NCBI GenBank assembly: GCA_904063045.1
Contig: CAJFCJ010000096.1
Location: forward strand, 2,195 to 66,194
Length of the DNA stretch: 64,000 bases
Direction of reading: 5' to 3'
DNA from: Dimorphilus gyrociliatus
Lineage: Eukaryota; Animalia; Annelida
Part shown: positions 62,301 to 64,000 of the stretch, piece by piece
Layout: each line of letters begins with the position of its first letter
Position numbering within the stretch: position 1 is the stretch's first letter
Notes under the pieces: model-generated
What the model was told of the DNA's origin: nothing
What the model saw: the letters and a program-made list of their open reading frames with translations, nothing else
The model's database searches: none
Position numbers and translations under genes: made by a program

Positions 62301-64000
62301 ATATTCACAAGCATCTCTTTTGAGATATGAAAGTCATAGATAATTGTATAAATACATAATTCTTCTAAAAAATTCTGTCCACAAAAGAATTCTATAACAC
62401 TATTTGCAATTGCTGAAGAAAATCCACAATCTCCCACATTAAGTTCTGATATATTGTTACAATTTATTCTTATGTTCTTTAATAAATTCTCAATTAATGT
62501 ATCACCAAATTGATTTTCAGATAAAAGCAATTCTTGAAGGTTGGTTTGTTGTGAAATTGCAATAATTAAAACATTGCCAATTTGATCTGTAAATTTACAA
62601 GTTGATAAGTTCAGAGAAAGGATATTGTAACAATGATTGCTGATATTTAAAAATATATTTTTTCCAACATCATCTCCAAAATGGTTTTCATTAAGGTGAA
62701 TTAATTGAATATTTTTTTGTTGTCCAATTGCATCTCCAATATTATTTCCAATTTTTGAAGTAAAGTCACAATTATAAAATTTAAGAGTGGCAAGTTCATT
62801 ACAGTTTTGTTTTATATTATAAAAAATATTTTTTCCAACTTTATCTCCCAAAAGATTATCTGCTCCATTAATTTTGATTATGTTCTTTTGTTGACCAATT
62901 GCATTTCCAACTATATTTCCAATTTCATGTGTGAATCCACAAGATTCAAAATTTAAGTGTAAAATATTTTTACACCTTTTTTCTATATTCCAAAAGATAT
63001 TTTTTCCAATATCATCATCCAATAGATTGTTAGAAAAGTCTAGTTCTTTCAGTCTTTTTTGCTGTCCAATTGCATCACCAATACTATTGCCAATTTTTGA
63101 TGTAAATCCACAATTTGATATATTTAATATAATAATACTATGACAGTTGTTTTTAATGTTTTCAAATATACAAATTCCTACATCATTTTCCAAGCAATTA
63201 TCATTTAAACATAGCTCCTGTAGTTGATGTTGTTTACCAATAGTCAGTCCAAAAATATTGCCAATTTGATATGTAAATCCACAATTAGCAAAGTTCAATA
63301 CAACAATATTCATACAGTTCTCATTAATACATTGTAACAGAATTGTTCCATTATGATCTCCAACTAAACTATTACTTAGATCCAATTGTTGAATATTACC
63401 ATGATTAAAAGTTAATTGATTTATCAACAGATTACAACAATTGTACTTTGATAAAAAATTAGACTTTTGAAAAATAAATCCATGTAGTGAAATGTTTTTT
63501 AACTTCAATAGATATAAAACAATTTCCATTTCATATGATGATAAAATTCCAATATCCAGTGTCTTTATGCTGTAGATATGTTTTAAAATTCTACTCAATT
63601 CTTTCATTTGTATTAAGTTAAATGTTTGATGATTGATATCAATTATAACATTTTCATCTTCATTTTTCTCTAAACTTTGTTGTTTCGATTTTGAATTGAA
63701 AACTTTTAAAAAATCTATTTGTAAGATTATATTCAAATATTCAAATATATCATCATTATCCCAATTACAATGATGCATATATAAATGAGAAATATTTTGA
63801 AATTTCCCATTCTTTACCTTCGTTAAGAAACTTATACTCGTTTCCATCGAAAAGGTATTGTAGCTAATGTCAAGCTTTTTTAGTGAAGTAAAATCACACC
63901 AAAACTTTGTAAATGTCAATAGAAAATCATCTGACAATTGACAGTTTTTCAAGCAAATCTTTGTGAATATTTTAGAATAGAAAAAATTATTGAGATTTTT
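59363..64000 (-). CDS. Very long RI/NLR-type LRR protein, 5' part outside the window
   Basis: The 1529-aa ORF stays open to position 64000. It is built of 56-aa double repeats (LxxLDLSNNxLGDxVGKNIFxNIxxNCxxIxxLNFxNCGFTSKIGNxIGDAIGQQ). Confidence 0.92.
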   Translation of the reverse strand, partial: KNLNNFFYSKIFTKICLKNCQLSDDFLLTFTKFWCDFTSLKKLDISYNTFSMETSISFLTKVKNGKFQNISHLYMHHCNWDNDDIFEYLNIILQIDFLKVFNSKSKQQSLEKNEDENVIIDINHQTFNLIQMKELSRILKHIYSIKTLDIGILSSYEMEIVLYLLKLKNISLHGFIFQKSNFLSKYNCCNLLINQLTFNHGNIQQLDLSNSLVGDHNGTILLQCINENCMNIVVLNFANCGFTYQIGNIFGLTIGKQHQLQELCLNDNCLENDVGICIFENIKNNCHSIIILNISNCGFTSKIGNSIGDAIGQQKRLKELDFSNNLLDDDIGKNIFWNIEKRCKNILHLNFESCGFTHEIGNIVGNAIGQQKNIIKINGADNLLGDKVGKNIFYNIKQNCNELATLKFYNCDFTSKIGNNIGDAIGQQKNIQLIHLNENHFGDDVGKNIFLNISNHCYNILSLNLSTCKFTDQIGNVLIIAISQQTNLQELLLSENQFGDTLIENLLKNIRINCNNISELNVGDCGFSSAIANSVIEFFCGQNFLEELCIYTIIYDFHISKEMLVNIEKKCKHLSTICFGKCEFTSEEAGIISDIIINQQDKLKQLYLWDNEFGDEGWKYILSHLENNCPNISILDLGNCGITSDIGNILGVMIGRKKYLKELNLWNNNIEDVVGKILFYNIKETHHNLTFINIENCGITPNIGNILGDAIGQQYYLQRLDISNNYLGDYVGKNIFQNISNNCRNIRKINFNDCGFTSEIGDILGDAIGQQKYLNELYIFNNNLGNFVGRHLFYNIKKYCQYIKCLDLSNCRFTSQIGNTLGDAIGQQTNLRSLFLSENNLRDSIGANIFSNIKLKCKKISELEYYNCGFTSKIDDIIGNAIGQLTYLKSISSSDNALTDYVGSCIFQSIQQICFQIVFLKFENCKFTSKIGYSFSNGIGQQTNLDVLHISGNRFGDDIGKNLFEKLYQNCQKLTYLAIKNCGFTCKIGNFLGNMIGRQKDLKVLDISDNNFGDDIGRVIFKNLNENCTKLCNLKCSNCGFTYRIGNIIGDAIGKQCSLITLSIKDNKLGDIVGKNIFSSMISECLNLEFLNVRNCDFTSNLSYIIGDAIANFTELKVLSLCNNQLCSVIGRYIFKNIQKNCRKIEIIDCNNCGFTSEIGNVVGYAIAEQANLRMLSLYNNSLGNDVGRCIFENVEMNCCMIENFNFRNCNFTSEIGRVIGNAISKQGNNLKDLCLANNPLGDNLGKYIFERIKESCCNILNLNIANCGLTSNIGDIVGKFIGQQTRIRRLSFSQNSFGNNVGKSIFENLKRKCNRLTFLHFESCNFTFHIGDCIGDAVGKQRGLEYLYFSENFLQDDVGKNIFENIKENCFNISVLKFANCGFSPLIGNILGDAIGQQRALKELIFSNNQIGDDIGFNLFYNLQQNCSCIVILKFESCGFTPNIGNVIGEMIGQQSQLKILCFSNNQFGNDVGKGIFQNIRKNCHQISELFCNLCGINSKIGNSIYDAIFFQKKLKTFHIWNIQFRQMDISCLSENIKIRNRLG

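Overview
Very AT-rich eukaryotic (invertebrate animal) genomic DNA with short GT-AG introns, mostly 53-75 nt. The compact structure and gene content recall the miniature annelid Dimorphilus gyrociliatus, but that is a guess and cannot be verified here. The window is a fast-evolving cluster of immune- or sensor-type genes mixed with DNA-transposon debris. Main contents: (1) a spliced minus-strand gene model (4600-8758, 9 exons, about 1146 aa, all intron phases consistent) with two degenerate NACHT-like domains, one intact NACHT NTPase and a C-terminal caspase domain with a non-canonical specificity pocket; (2) an intronless RING-B-box-coiled-coil (TRIM) protein ending in NLR-type LRRs, plus a 5'-decayed LRR paralog and an LRR pseudogene; (3) a very long RI-type LRR ORF running off the right edge; (4) three large GRL101-like GPCR genes (SRCR-like repeats, CTL-like, LDLa, LRR, 7TM), two of which share an apparently identical 898-bp inverted block; (5) PAN/apple, F-type-lectin-like, ITIH-C-terminal-like and DEG/ENaC genes or fragments; (6) three copies of a 205-207 bp MITE, each with its own 9-bp TSD and a telomere-like G-quadruplex motif, plus Tc1, mariner and MULE remnants. 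No rRNA, tRNA or CRISPR features were recognised. Gene models were built by hand; boundaries not stated as exact are approximate.
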